Below, piece after piece: positions 34,531 through 47,200 of a stretch of 64,000 nucleotides of DNA. The stretch spans positions 960,001-1,024,000 of the forward strand of contig CP000068.1 of the NCBI GenBank assembly GCA_000002445.1. Direction: 5' to 3'. This DNA is from Trypanosoma brucei (lineage: Eukaryota). How positions within the stretch are numbered: the stretch's first letter is position 1; the number at the start of each line of letters is the position of its first letter. A program made the translations under genes and the position numbers. The notes beneath the pieces are model-generated. The model saw nothing but the letters and a program-made list of their open reading frames with translations. It was not told the DNA's origin and searched no databases.

Positions 34531-34820
34531 ATGAAAGGACGCGTGTATACGGGGAAACGTATGAGAAGAATCAACGAAGGCAAGGGAGGGGGAAAAAAAC
34601 ACCGCAAAGGTTATGAAGGTACAAGAAAGTGAACAGATAAGGAAATCAAACGAAAAAGAAAAAACACACAAACATGGTCCTTTTCCTCCTTTTTCTCTAA
34701 CGTACAATTACAAACGCACAAATATAAGTGAAGTGGGTTAGCATTACAATCACATGATTAGTTCGCATTCTATAGGAAGTAAACTCTTCGCATGGGAAGC
34801 GTACATACTTGCTTGTTCCC

Positions 34821-35447
34821 TCACGGTGGAAGCATCAATGTCAGAGAAGCAGATGCCTTATTATAAATCCCCTGCTCAGGGAGGTCTAAAGAAACACTAG
34901 TGAAGGCACCGGCCCAACCAACGACATCCGATCCACCCTTATCTTCTGGCAGCACAAAAAATTTGCGTGGCATCAACAACATCGGTGTTGTGTTTGCTCT
35001 GGAGCATCCAAATGGGGGACACACTCCAAGCCGAACCCGCAATGGTTGCATGGTGTTCAGGTCGTGAAAGAATCCTTCCTGGTCATTCCTTAGGTTTGTG
35101 CTACGTTCACGGATGCTCCAGTTCGTGTTACTGTGGCGGATTTCCATTGAGCTCCGCCGGGCTCCCGGCCCGACCGCGTCCTCCCCTAAATCTTGCTCTG
35201 CCTCAGTTTCATCGACATTACGAGGCGAACGCTCGGCAGTTGCGCTGCGGGTGCGCTTCCGTGATATTTGCGGTGATATTTGCGCATCGCCTCTCGAGCT
35301 CCGTTGCCGCTCAGCGCCTTCCCTCCCTTCTTCCTCTTCGTATCGTAGCTCCGATACTGCTGACAGGTTTTCCTCCCCCAACATTTCTGTGCCATCGTTT
35401 GTGGGTTCCTTATCGCCTCTCCTACGAAGTTGTTTTTTCGGCCCCAT
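34821..35447 (-). CDS. hypothetical basic/acidic protein
   Basis: ATG verified at 35447. Consistent with the PTU strand. An antisense ORF of comparable length (34967..35479 +) exists, so the strand call rests mainly on polarity. Confidence 0.4.
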   Translation of the reverse strand: MGPKKQLRRRGDKEPTNDGTEMLGEENLSAVSELRYEEEEGREGAERQRSSRGDAQISPQISRKRTRSATAERSPRNVDETEAEQDLGEDAVGPGARRSSMEIRHSNTNWSIRERSTNLRNDQEGFFHDLNTMQPLRVRLGVCPPFGCSRANTTPMLLMPRKFFVLPEDKGGSDVVGWAGAFTSVSLDLPEQGIYNKASASLTLMLPP

Positions 35448-35966
35448 CTAGTCACGCGGCTTGTAGGAATCAAAAATAGAGGGTTACCGTTTTCTAGACG
35501 GGTATCTGCCACTACGTTAGATGATGGTAGAAAAGTTTGTGTGCTCGTTAGAGGGTTACTTTACACGCCCTTTTCTTCTATTTAACAATATACCACACAG
35601 TACTGAAAGGAAGTGGCAGAGGAGAGTTGTCAAAGCAACAAATATACGTTTTTTTTTAAAAAAAACGTACACACGCATAAACAAACAGGAAGAGAGACAA
35701 AAGAGAGGGATAAGGAAAATAAAACCGAACGGGAGACGCAACGGTAGCCGACAGCGACCTGCAATGGAGCATCTCCATGTTATCAACTCATTTAAATAAA
35801 AAAATAAGTACATCACAAAAAATTTTCCAACAGGTTGTGTATTCACAGTGCTTGGTCTCAATGAATAGGCAAGGGGGTGGAGTGGATCGCTTTGCTTTCC
35901 CCCCCCCCTCTTTTACCTCTCCCCCCTCCCCCCTCCTCGATTACCCGATTGTGACTATTTTTTTTT

Positions 35967-36746
35967 TCACTGTGCTGTCGGTGGGGTGCCTGTCCCACCA
36001 CCCCTACCGAATCGTTTCACAGTATTCATGAATGCCATTGTGTGCATTTGAATGTTTCGCATTTTGGTTGCCTGCTCGGGCGTTAGGCGTTGGCCGCTCA
36101 TAATACTACGCTGTATATTTTCCATATCCGTACGCATTGCAGGTGTCAGAGATTGCATTGCCATCTGCATCATCATCATTTGCTCTTGGGAAGGGCCATG
36201 ACCATGACAATGTCCATGACTGTGTGAATGCCCGTGATCGTGGGAGTGACCGTGTTCGTGGGAATGAGAATGAGAATGAGAGGGATCATTACAATTATGA
36301 TTGCCCATTAACGGCTGCAACTCCGGCGTTGTCGCAGATATCGTTAATAGTTGCGATTCTTCCACCATACACATTGCCTTAATTAACGATGTTGTTTCAG
36401 GGTCAGGGTATCCCGTTACAGCCATCTTTAGTTCCTCCAAAATGCGGGCACCAGTTAATGAAGCGGTCGTATCGTCACCTGCATTACCATCGATATCGCC
36501 TCCCTCAACACTGCCTTGTTGGTTTTGTGCTCCTTGTTGCCTATTGGCGTTGTGATTGGTGAGGAACTCCACCTGCTTCTTCTCGTAAATGAGTAATAGT
36601 TCTAATAGAGAGGTCGGTATGGGTTCCTTCAATGCGGCAGCGCGGACACTTTCAATGAAGGCTGGTTTCTCCATCTCAGCCCTCAGTACTCGTACGAACT
36701 CATGCACTTCATCTCGTGTCAACGTCATGTTTGGCCTCGTCGCCAT
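35967..36746 (-). CDS. hypothetical protein with histidine-rich (HS/HG)n metal-binding-like tract
   Basis: ATG verified at 36746. The segment PSHSHSHSHEHGHSHDHGHSHSHGHCHGHG is followed by a Met/Gln-rich tail. Confidence 0.55.
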   Translation of the reverse strand: MATRPNMTLTRDEVHEFVRVLRAEMEKPAFIESVRAAALKEPIPTSLLELLLIYEKKQVEFLTNHNANRQQGAQNQQGSVEGGDIDGNAGDDTTASLTGARILEELKMAVTGYPDPETTSLIKAMCMVEESQLLTISATTPELQPLMGNHNCNDPSHSHSHSHEHGHSHDHGHSHSHGHCHGHGPSQEQMMMMQMAMQSLTPAMRTDMENIQRSIMSGQRLTPEQATKMRNIQMHTMAFMNTVKRFGRGGGTGTPPTAQ

Positions 36747-38346
36747 TTTTTTTTTTTAAACCTTCAACTTGCCTCAGGCAAATAATCAGTGAGGGGGCGT
36801 CGCTCTAAGAACGGCAGAGGCAAGAGCCGAATCAGATGCGTATGGTCTTAGAGGTGAAGCTGCTAAAGTATCTTACAAACCCTTAATTCAGTGTTTCACT
36901 CACACGGCGCACCAAGTTGTCTCCTTATGTAAAAATATATGGAACTGTATATATATATATATATAGATATATATATATATATATTGTATCGTCCTTATTA
37001 TGGGCCCCTCTATCCGTGGAAAAGGGAGAAACCTCTTGTTTGTTTCCCTTGCCACTAAAGTCCGTAACTGCAAAGTTCAGTATAAATAATGGAAAAAGAA
37101 AGGATCAAAAAAAATAAAATAAAATAAATAAAGAAGTGAATTGGATATGAAGAGAGATCACAACCCATGGAGACGTCATTAATGCACCTAATCAGTTGAA
37201 TTGTTTCAAACCTTCTACCAAATTACAAAAAGGATAGAAAATAGGACGACGGCACTCACTTTTGTTCATACCTTGCACTGCCTTGAGTTTTATCACTCAT
37301 AATATCTTTTTTTTTGTTCTGCTGCCGCCCCTACTGCTGCGGTTGAGAGAGAGAATCCACAGATGCGACATATCCCTCCCAATACTCCACATCACACAGC
37401 TGGGTAATAAAAAGAAGATGCAATTGTTAAATTGCATCCTTTTCTCTCTTTTTTTTTACCACTATGTTTGCAAGTCTATTTCGTGTGTGATGTGAACGTT
37501 CCATCTCTTTCCCTTCCCATGTGAAATCATCTTCTCACCTACCTTTCTTTTTTTTTAAAAAAATAGTGAAAGAAAAGTGAAAAGGAAAAAAGGTGTAAAG
37601 AACAATAACCCCTACAAAAGAAAACAAACAAACAAATAGTTAGGGTTTGATTTTACGGGAAAGTTGTGATGGACGAAGCAGAATCCACAAAAAGTAAAAA
37701 AGAGAAATGAAACTTTTTAAAAAAACGCACATCGAGAAATAACAGGCACAAGTGGATGATATGATATATTTCTATTGCTTCATTTTATTTTACTTTTTTC
37801 CCATCGTTATAACGGGATGTTCGGTAAGTTTATGCGCCCACACTTCTTTAATATTTGGAATGGCAGCTGCAACCGGCAAACGACCGCAGAAGTAAAACCA
37901 ATAAAATAAAAAGAAGGTGAAGTTGGCCTCATAGGGGTATAAGGAATGATGCCAACGGCGGCAACGACATCAACAGCTGAAAGATCGCGGAGGAGTGAAT
38001 AAAAAAAAAAAAGAAGGAGCGTCCAGGAGGTTTTCAGTTTGGTCACATATATTTAATTAACAAAATATATATATATATATATATAATTGAGGGGGGGAGG
38101 AGGAGGAGGAGGATCCGTCCCGTTCCAACCATAAATCAGGTTTCTGAAACAAAAAAAAAACGTCGCAATTCCCCCCCCCCCATCACGCGCACTTATGCCA
38201 ACCATTTTCCTCCTGTTCCCATCATTAAGCGTTCAAGCTCTCTTTTTCTTTTCTTCATAGCTTTCATATGACTCTTTCCTTTTTCTTTCCTCTCTGTTTA
38301 AACTCCCTCATTCTCTGATCTTTTCCAGCCCTTCCTTCATTTCCAA

Positions 38347-38369
38347 CATCATCATCATCATCATCATCT
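38347..38369. repeat. (ATC)n trinucleotide microsatellite
   Basis: Read directly from the sequence. Confidence 0.9.
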
Positions 38370-38449
38370 AATGAACACTGCTTCCATCATTTGTTTTGTT
38401 TTCATTGTTTCATTCTTTTCTTTTTCTTTTTTCTTTTTTTAAAAAAGGA

Positions 38450-38794
38450 TCACGCCATGCACCAAAGACACCCGCCTGTCTGCTCCACCATCGCATCAAT
38501 CACATCATCATCTTCCATACCCAACTCTTCTGGTGTTTTGGTTTCGTCAATTGGTGTTCCATCAAAAAGGAAGCGCACGCTGTTACGCGATATTCCCTGC
38601 TTCTTGCAATACGTATCAATGAGTTTTTTTAGGGCCGTGCGGGATTTGATACGGAAAAACATTTCCGCGCCATCAGCATTCACAACTTTTACAGCCACAA
38701 GTGCAGTTTCCTCCTTGCAGGTTCCTTCTGCCCCTTCACCTCCATTATTTGAGGGCTCACCGCCGTTGTTGGAGTTATGAGTGGGTTCGTCCAT
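38450..38794 (-). CDS. SUMO: small ubiquitin-like modifier SUMO (precursor with C-terminal CLWCMA after the di-Gly)
   Basis: ATG verified at 38794. The ubiquitin-like core EMFFRIKSRTALKKLIDTYCKKQGI...FLFDGTPIDETKTPEELGMEDDDVIDAMVEQTGG matches the SUMO/Smt3 family, and the precursor is Gly-Gly processed. Confidence 0.9.
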   Translation of the reverse strand: MDEPTHNSNNGGEPSNNGGEGAEGTCKEETALVAVKVVNADGAEMFFRIKSRTALKKLIDTYCKKQGISRNSVRFLFDGTPIDETKTPEELGMEDDDVIDAMVEQTGGCLWCMA

Positions 38795-39725
38795 TTACAA
38801 ACACACACACACACGCAAAACAGAAAGACAAATATAAACGAAAAGTGATAGAAGGTAACAAAGGGGAAAAAGTAGAAAAAGAAATGAAAAAAAACGCGTG
38901 GGCTCAGAAATGAACCCAACTCGATGTTACGTTTTTTTTTGTCTTTCCTTCCCTTTTTTATTCTTATTATCTCTGCTGTTCGACACAGATTTATCACTAT
39001 TCTAATGTGACTCCTACGAGTTGTGCTAAGGCAAGAGGAAGTCGGGGAGAAAGCAAACTTTATTTCCTTTTTTTTTTGCTGAAAAAACGGCAGTAACAAC
39101 AACAATAATAATACCACTAAAGTCGATTACTAACAGACAAAACAGACAGAGAGGTACACTCATACACACAGAGAGAGAGAGAGAGACACATATGAGGATG
39201 TGGATATGAGGGAAATTAAACCAAAGAAGAATATATCACACACCATGATTATCCGGAAAGGTCAATGGGAGGAGGGGTGTAAACGAGCAAAATTCCAACG
39301 CTTAACGATATCAAACCGTCATGCCTTTCCCCTTCTTTTCCCTTCACCATAGGCAAAACAAGTTTAACAAACACCTCCACGTAACCACAAGGACATAAAT
39401 ACACCCAAAACGAGAGCAGAAGAGAAGAAAAGTAGAAAGTAAGTAGCGACGAGGCATAAGTGCTAACGGCTCCAACAAAATAAAAATGGTAGTCCACGCA
39501 TCCTCTCTTCGTACGCTCTTTCCAAATTGTAAGTAAGTTGCTTGTCCACTTCGTCACCGAGAAGAAACCTTCGCAACACGCCACCTAAATGACACAGTGA
39601 CATCACATCTCACCAGCAATAAATTTCATTGAGTGAAGTAATACCACAGAAAAGTGGGCTTTATGCCTTGTTTACTCCCCCCCCCTCTGTTCTTCTGTTG
39701 AATTGTGTCATTTCCGCGCGGGTGA

Positions 39726-39727
<2 letters not shown>

Positions 39728-39777
<50 letters not shown>
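39728..39777. repeat. (TA)25 microsatellite
   Basis: Read directly from the sequence. Confidence 0.95.
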
Positions 39778-39779
<2 letters not shown>

Positions 39780-39848
39780 GTTTCCCCTTCGTTCCCATAC
39801 TCTCTAGTTTCCCTTTACTCCTCTCATGTTCCCTCCTACGTGTCCACG

Positions 39849-40475
39849 TTACATTCCGGTGTACCAGCACCATATCAATGCCAGTGGAACAAGCACAAGT
39901 TTTGCCCATGAGTGGTCTTCGGCAATTAGCGTAATAAAACCCACCCGCGGCACCAGCACGGCAACTTTCCCAATGATATCTTTTTTCTCTACCCAATGAT
40001 ATCCGCGCGGATATAATGTACGGTCATCCATTTCATTGTTATCCCCTTTCGTGAGGTACAAACGAGTCACACCGTCCTCAAGTAATCGAATGCGATGGAC
40101 GCGATGAACGATTGGAATTGTACGGTTGGGGAGAGAGAAAACAACGACATCCCCCATCGTGGGTTCGCCAATATTATGCAGAACAAGTAAGTCACCACGA
40201 AACATGAAGGGTTCCATACTTCCTGAGAGCACCACAACAAGTGGGCTTTCACAATCGGTCACCGCGATGGCTGTACGCCAACCAACAAAGAATGTGCAGA
40301 GAGTTACCAACATTAAGAAGGTGTTGCGTCTGTCCGGCATTGTATCAACAATGTCCTTAAAAGTTTTTTTAATGTAATTAATGGGTCCTGTTTGTGCAGA
40401 CATGGCTAATGATTCCACATGCTGCTCACGCAAAATCCGCAGCGCCGTCGCATCAGCCCGATGCAGCAATGACAT
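39849..40475 (-). CDS. SEC11: signal peptidase complex catalytic subunit SEC11 (S26 family)
   Basis: ATG verified at 40475. Has the SPase I box VVLSGSMEP (catalytic Ser), then ...GDVVVF...IVHRV (catalytic His), with an N-terminal TM segment. Confidence 0.85.
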   Translation of the reverse strand: MSLLHRADATALRILREQHVESLAMSAQTGPINYIKKTFKDIVDTMPDRRNTFLMLVTLCTFFVGWRTAIAVTDCESPLVVVLSGSMEPFMFRGDLLVLHNIGEPTMGDVVVFSLPNRTIPIVHRVHRIRLLEDGVTRLYLTKGDNNEMDDRTLYPRGYHWVEKKDIIGKVAVLVPRVGFITLIAEDHSWAKLVLVPLALIWCWYTGM

Positions 40476-41200
40476 GATAACTCTTATGGGTTGACTACGA
40501 TCCTCCTTTCACCCTTTTTTTTGCGAACTTTATCTCCTCTCTCCTTTGATTTTTCTGTTTGTTTAATAATGTTAATTTGAACTCTGTAACCTTCACTCTT
40601 TTCCACTTTTTCTTTAATATTATCACTTTGGTTTGGTGATCCACCTAAAGCTCAGCTAAAAAAAAAATGTAAACTGCGGTCACTGTGGAAGAGGGAAACA
40701 ACAAATGCACAAGAAACACAGGAAAAAAAAGAGAAAAATGCAGAAGATAATAGACATACATTGAACCGTTAAGAATAAGAAATACCAATATGCAGATATT
40801 AGCAAGTCATACATAACCTCACCATTAAAAATATTTATGATTTTATCTTCCACTTTTGAAGAGCGTGCGCGAAACTTCTATTGTTACGATTGTTGTGATC
40901 CGCATCTGCTTATCGCCTCCCTTTGTGGCTTGTGTTTCCGCTTCGATCATTTAAATTTTTCTTTCTTCATATGCCCGCGCATTTATTAAGTGATTAACGC
41001 CATGATGGTGTCAGTGGACGCAGCGATCGGACAACAGTTCCTTGCCACCCCCCTACACAAACTTCGTTTCCGCCCTCTTTTTTTTTTTTGCACTACCAAT
41101 GAAAAAGGCGGAATTTCTCCATGTGGCGCTAAATAAAATGTTACTTTCGCTCATCAAGAGAAGATGCACCCAGCCAAGGGGAGAACAAATGTTGCCGCAG

Positions 41201-44200
41201 TTATTCAGGAAGAAGGAATATGTGGCGTGAGCCATTGCCTTCCTCCTCTTCAACTCGCTCAGCTGCCTGCCTTAATAACAGTTGCGCATCGGTATTTCCC
41301 ACGCAAGCGTAACTTAAGTCACACATTGTGGCGTCTGACTGCTTTGCAGCGTCCTCCTCCTCCTCCTCGTCCTCATCGCCCCCCGTTTCATTCCCTTCTG
41401 TTTTGAATTTCTTCGGTACCGCCTGCATCCGCCGTGACGGGAGGTGGACATGCTGAAGAGCTTTCAAAAGGTCTGCGGCAATGTAATCCAAATCGTTGCT
41501 GTGAGTTGTGAATACATCAATGTACGCTGCTGAATGTCGGAAGAGACACGACGTGATGGAAGAGAGACACAATGACTTCAAGGATGGCGAAATGCCGTGG
41601 CAGTGACCGTGGGTGGCATCCTTCACGAGCTGAAACAGGAACGAAGCAAGTTGATTCAGCACAACGCTGCTACAGTAGCCACGTGATACACCGTCAAGGC
41701 AGCGGGTGAAGAGGAAGGAAAGTAAAGTCGGCAACAGATGCGCTCGCTGCCAAAGCACGTGCCGTGGCAACAACGTTGCCGAAAGTAGTCGAATAATTCG
41801 CAAAATGACAGACTCAGACAGGTATTGGGATCCATTACGGTACCCACTGGTACCGGTGAAAAGCAACGACGTAATGAAACTCATTTCGTGATCAATAAAG
41901 ACCTCATCTTCGTGTAGCGCCGCAAGGGGCAGCGTACACAACTGCAGCACACGGCAACACAAGCTGTGTGTACCCTCATCGTTTCGTTTGCTGCAATCGT
42001 GTGATGATACAACGGCGGCTTCAGCATTCACCAACAGACGCTTCGCGTCGTTGCGCCATATACTGAAACGCATGTGTGGAACGAAGCTGAGGCGATGCAG
42101 CGCTTCTGCTACAGCCGTCAACAGCTTCTGATGCCTGTCCTGTAGCTTTCGAAGATGTTGACACGCCCCCGTCGCTAATGGTATGGACGCGTGGAGGAGA
42201 GCATGCATATACTCCACCAGTAAAGACTGTGAGGGGCTTGTTGCGAAAGTATGCAGAATTTCTGGTATGATACAAAGTTGTTCAATCAACCAAAGCGTCG
42301 CTTTTTCCGTCTGATAAGCAGGATCACGCTGTAGAGCCACTATACGAAGTGTTACACATTCGCTTTCATGTTGTGATGCAATCTCTTGCGCTTCCTCCAG
42401 CAGACAATCCGTCGAATCGGAACAAAAGTTATCATAATTGCCGCACTCGTGCACATTGAAGCTCCCTAGTAGAGCAGCAAACCAGCGTGATGGGGAGTGG
42501 TTTGTTGTATCTTCAAAACCACCATCTTCAGACAGATCGCTTTGCCGACGCTCCTCATACGCAGCATAAAGAACCCACAAGGCTCGTGTCACCGCGCGGT
42601 TGCACGAACTCAGCATCGGCAACAGCACCGAGGCACTGCGTCGTCGCGACGCACTTTTGGAGGGTGCGAACAATTTGCGCAGCTTTGCGGCGGTGTCCGA
42701 AAGCTCACCTGACGCCACAGCAACGGCAGCCAAGCTGCGCCCGTTCCCAACGGGTTGCCGTTCATAGCTCCTCCCCCTTTTGTTGGCTTTTCCTCCTTTC
42801 CCACGATGGTTCACATTTTCTGACGCATCTTTCAATGCGGGAAGTCGAACACGTTCCAGTGTGACATAAAGCGAAGACATAGCGTGTAGCAGTGGCACGG
42901 ATGATTGGGGCTGGTGACGCTCCTCCACAAGTCCCTTCACCACCTCTTGAAGCAACTTACGCAGAAGATCCACCCAACGCAAGGAAACCTCAGTCAACTT
43001 GGTTCCCTCTACAACTATTGCTGATTCTTTTTTGTCCTCCGTGGCCTCCACGTGGTCAACACCACCTAGCGATGCTTCGAAAACCTTTCTTTCCCCCACG
43101 GTTTCCTCTTTAGCTCTGATGTCTTCTGCTGAACGGTGATGCTTCTTATCTGCGAGACGAGTCTTCTCCCCGTTGTCACCACTCTCACTATTCTCCACGC
43201 GACGCCGTTTTTCCGGCACTCTTACTGTCGAGGCAGTATCCCTGTGGCCCTCTTTGAGAACATAAGTTAAAGAAGTTCCGCTCATTGCGTCCAAAAATAT
43301 TGAAAGAACAGCGTAATTCCCGTCTTCGAGGCAAGCGTGCATTTTGTCAGCGACACTAATAATGAATTTTTGCGCGATAGGGGAGCTCATGGCTGTTTTG
43401 GTATCATAACGACACGCAGTCATGGCCATGGTGTAGAGCTGCCGCAATATGCCCAATGCATATCTTGATGACAGTGACAATCCGCTATCACTGTCCTTCG
43501 TGCTACATTGTTGTATCAGCAAGGCTGCAAACTTTGCTGAGAACATTCTACGCACAAGCTTCGTACAATCGTCGATTCCTTGCTTTGCCGCTGCCACCCT
43601 GATCCCCTCCGCATCGGTACAACTTTCCCCCTCTGCTGTATATCTGTTGCTAGCGTAAAGCATGGCATCGGCGACTGTAAACTGAACCCCTACGGTTTCC
43701 ATGAATGCCTCATTGAGTCCGTCGCGCTTGCGGTCACTCTTTCGACCACGATAATGCTCAAAACGATGATTTTCTTGATTTTCCTCGCTTTGTGTGTGTA
43801 AAAGAACCCAACGGAAAAGTGTTCGCACGCCCTCCTCACACACCAGAAGATTTAATACGAACTGAAGAATTTGTTGCCGTAGCAAGCACGACATACTACG
43901 TTGAACGTTTCTCTCTTCCTTATAAATAATCATCAACCAATGCACAAAATTTTGTAGAATCGGAAGCCACTGCGGAAGGTGACCAACACGACCCAAAACA
44001 TCATTTAACGCTGCAAACAACCTAATCAGGGGCGTATCCTCGGACCCCTTACCACCTGCGCTATCATTTTCATTCTTGGAGGTCATGTCGTGACGACATG
44101 CCAGAAGTTCCGAGTCATCAACATTCACCAACACCTCACAGAGGGCCTCCAACAGCAAACCTCCGCATGCCGCCATGCACCTTGAAAGCCATTGAGCACT

Positions 44201-47200
44201 CTTCGATTTCGTGAAACTGAGCTGTAGGAGCCAAACAAAAGCTGCACGAACACGTTTTGGTTTTGTGAAATGAACAAGGGAACTCCACTCTTCTTCGTTT
44301 AGCGTGTCGGCCAATGACAAAGCCAGATCGGCCTCATGATCAGGCAACACACCGCCCTCACTTTCCACAAGCATGTAGGAAAGCACAGTGTTCCCCAATC
44401 TCCGAGCCGACGAGGCGGGACCAACAGTGAAGCCAAGGGCCATGGATGTGGACCGCGCTAACATGAGCCGCTGCAACACGAACCGGGGTATAAGTGGTGG
44501 ACACTGCGTGGTGTGTGCGTGCCTCATCTGAGTTGTTATGCTTAGCGAAGCGCACAGATCGTCGACGGTAAGGGAACCGACAAGGGCGTCCACCTGCTGC
44601 TGCAGACACCACATGGATTCTTCGAGAAGTTGTAAGTAAGCATCCAAATTAGAGATACCAAGGTCCTGAAGGCAACTTAGGATAAGTGTCCGTGAACTGT
44701 AAATGGCATTGAGAGTAAGAAGTACAAGACGGTGGACCATTTTTTGCGGAATGACGGCCGCGCTGCACAGAAGAAGGGAGCTTTTTTCATTTTTTTTCTT
44801 CAGCTTATCGTCCTCCCTTGAGTTTTGCTCCTTTACCGGTAGGAACGTTTTGTGCAACTTGTTCACAAAAAACGACGACAGTGCGAGCTCCAACTCTGCT
44901 GCTCGCTCAAGGATAGAAGTGGCTGAGATGGATGTTGGTACAACTCCACTCAATACCGTCGAGACTACATCAAGTATGAAGAGTACACCCTGAGGTTCCA
45001 TACGAGACATCGTGGTCTTTACATTTAGTTTCTGATCTTCAGTTCCCAATGCTGTAACTTCGTCCTTCTCTGGGTTTGTTGCGGCATCATCGCCGCCGCC
45101 GCTTTCTTCGTTAACCTCCTCTTCAGAAGCCCAGTTAGAGACGTACGATAACAAACGAAGAAGCAGGTGCTCTGGGTCCATGGAAACATTGCATGCCTCT
45201 ATCAATGCTGCACGGATGTCAGGACGGGAAAAGATCTCCCGCAGTCCTACGGTTGTGCTGCTGGCTGCGGTGCCCCCGACCACTGTGTCCTCACCCTCCA
45301 CGACCTTACTTCGGTAAATCGCGTTCCCATCCTCCTTTACCTGCAAGACGATTGCATCGAGTAACATGGATATCCTGTTGCCTTTCCCCAAACGCGTAAT
45401 CAGGTTGACAAGAAAATCGTGCAGAATTGTAGTAGGAAACGCCTCTGCTTTTTCACCACCCAGATGACTCGACGCATTCGCCTTGGAGATACGAGAGGCA
45501 ATCTGTAGAATCGCTGGAACGTTCTTATCAATTACCTGTGGCGCAATCAACTCATAGGTGGACAAGCACTGTGTCAGCGCTCGTTCCACAACCGGCCGTG
45601 TCTCATGCGCAACGTCGTGACACGATGTGAGTAGCTGCGGCAAAACAACTTTCGCAAAGAGTAATCCCAGTACTTCATAACCGAGGCCCTTATTATACCG
45701 AAGGTCATTTCCAAGATGAAATACAGAAGGCGTCCCCTTCGCAGTAATGTTTGTAGCGGAAAACGAAATGGTATTGCGGACGAAAGTAAATAGGTCCCCG
45801 ATAGTACGCCATATCAAAGCACGTAAACCAGTGGTTTCCAACAGGTTATCACTCAAACCAGCTTCACCTACAGCAACGAGAAATTTCTGGAGACCGAGTA
45901 CCACTTCTTCCAAAAGAATAAGTGGAAGGTTTGTGTTATCATCTTCTGATTGATGTAGACATGGAGCATTGTGAGTTTGCCCATTGTCTGTGTTACTGGC
46001 GTCGATAACAGAGAGAAATTCCCGATAGGATGCGATGGATGGCTTCGACAGTGTGGATATCATGCTCGCACGGCTCATGAGTGAAAAAGAACTTAGTTGC
46101 GACACAACGGAACATCTGTCCTCGTCATCATCGATATTAGAGTTTCTCATACGTTTACCAGCGTATCTGTCGGATGCATGACTATTGGTAAGACCGTCAC
46201 CACCGTCGCCTTTATCCGTGTTTACCTCAACCCTGCTGTACCCATCACTGGAGTGAGTAGAAGCGTGATCACTATCATCCTTCCCGCCACTGCTGACGCT
46301 ATTAGCCCTCGAAGATGATCCCCAGCGCCGCCGACCACGATCTTGACGCGTTTCACGCTCTCTCAGCCACACCATCCGCCGCTGTTCCTGAGCAAACACG
46401 GTCCAACTCTCCTCCGCACAGAAACTACGGAAGAAGAATGGAATACTTGCAATCCAACCCGCCAAAAGAAGAGCGGCGTGGTGCTGCTCAGCAACGGGGA
46501 GTTTAGTGAATAAGGAAAGAGTCGATCGTTCAACTGGAGGTGTGGTAACGTGCGTAAGCATCGAATACTCCGTGGAGTCCCGCACGTTGTTCTGCATTAG
46601 TTTGATATCATCCCCACGGAAGTACACTACGATACGTGTGGCTCGATTACATGCGGCGGTAGAAAACAAAGAGGACAACGTCCGACGAAATGAACCAACA
46701 TCCGTGCAGCAGCACCCCGAAGGGGCCTCTGACACCATAGCGTCACAGAAACTAACCTTCTGGAAAGTTGAGAAATAACTAAGCGATGCAATCAGTGAAC
46801 CACTCGCCACCGTGTCCGCCCACGTAAGCAGGCAACTCGTCATGAAACTGTCGTTTTCGACATCTCGGCTTCTCGAGCGGATAATACAGTTAGGGGAACA
46901 CTGCGGACCACTACACTCCGTGTTCTTTACCTCCTTTACGTTGCCGGTGGTTTTGGTAGGTGACATGCCCGCGCCTGCTTTGGAAAGGTACTGAGAAAGA
47001 AGCGTGGGGCAAGGTCGTACGCTGTACAAAGCATTGAACGGCTGCTTTGATTGCATTACACGGAGTTGACGCACGACCGCCATTACCAATCCGGTACTAC
47101 TACGGCACAAGCTGTTCAGCAGCGCAGCCTCCCCGTTGGTATCGTTGACAGCTGCATGTCGTAACATAGTTGACACGATAAATGCATCCAGTGCGCTGGA

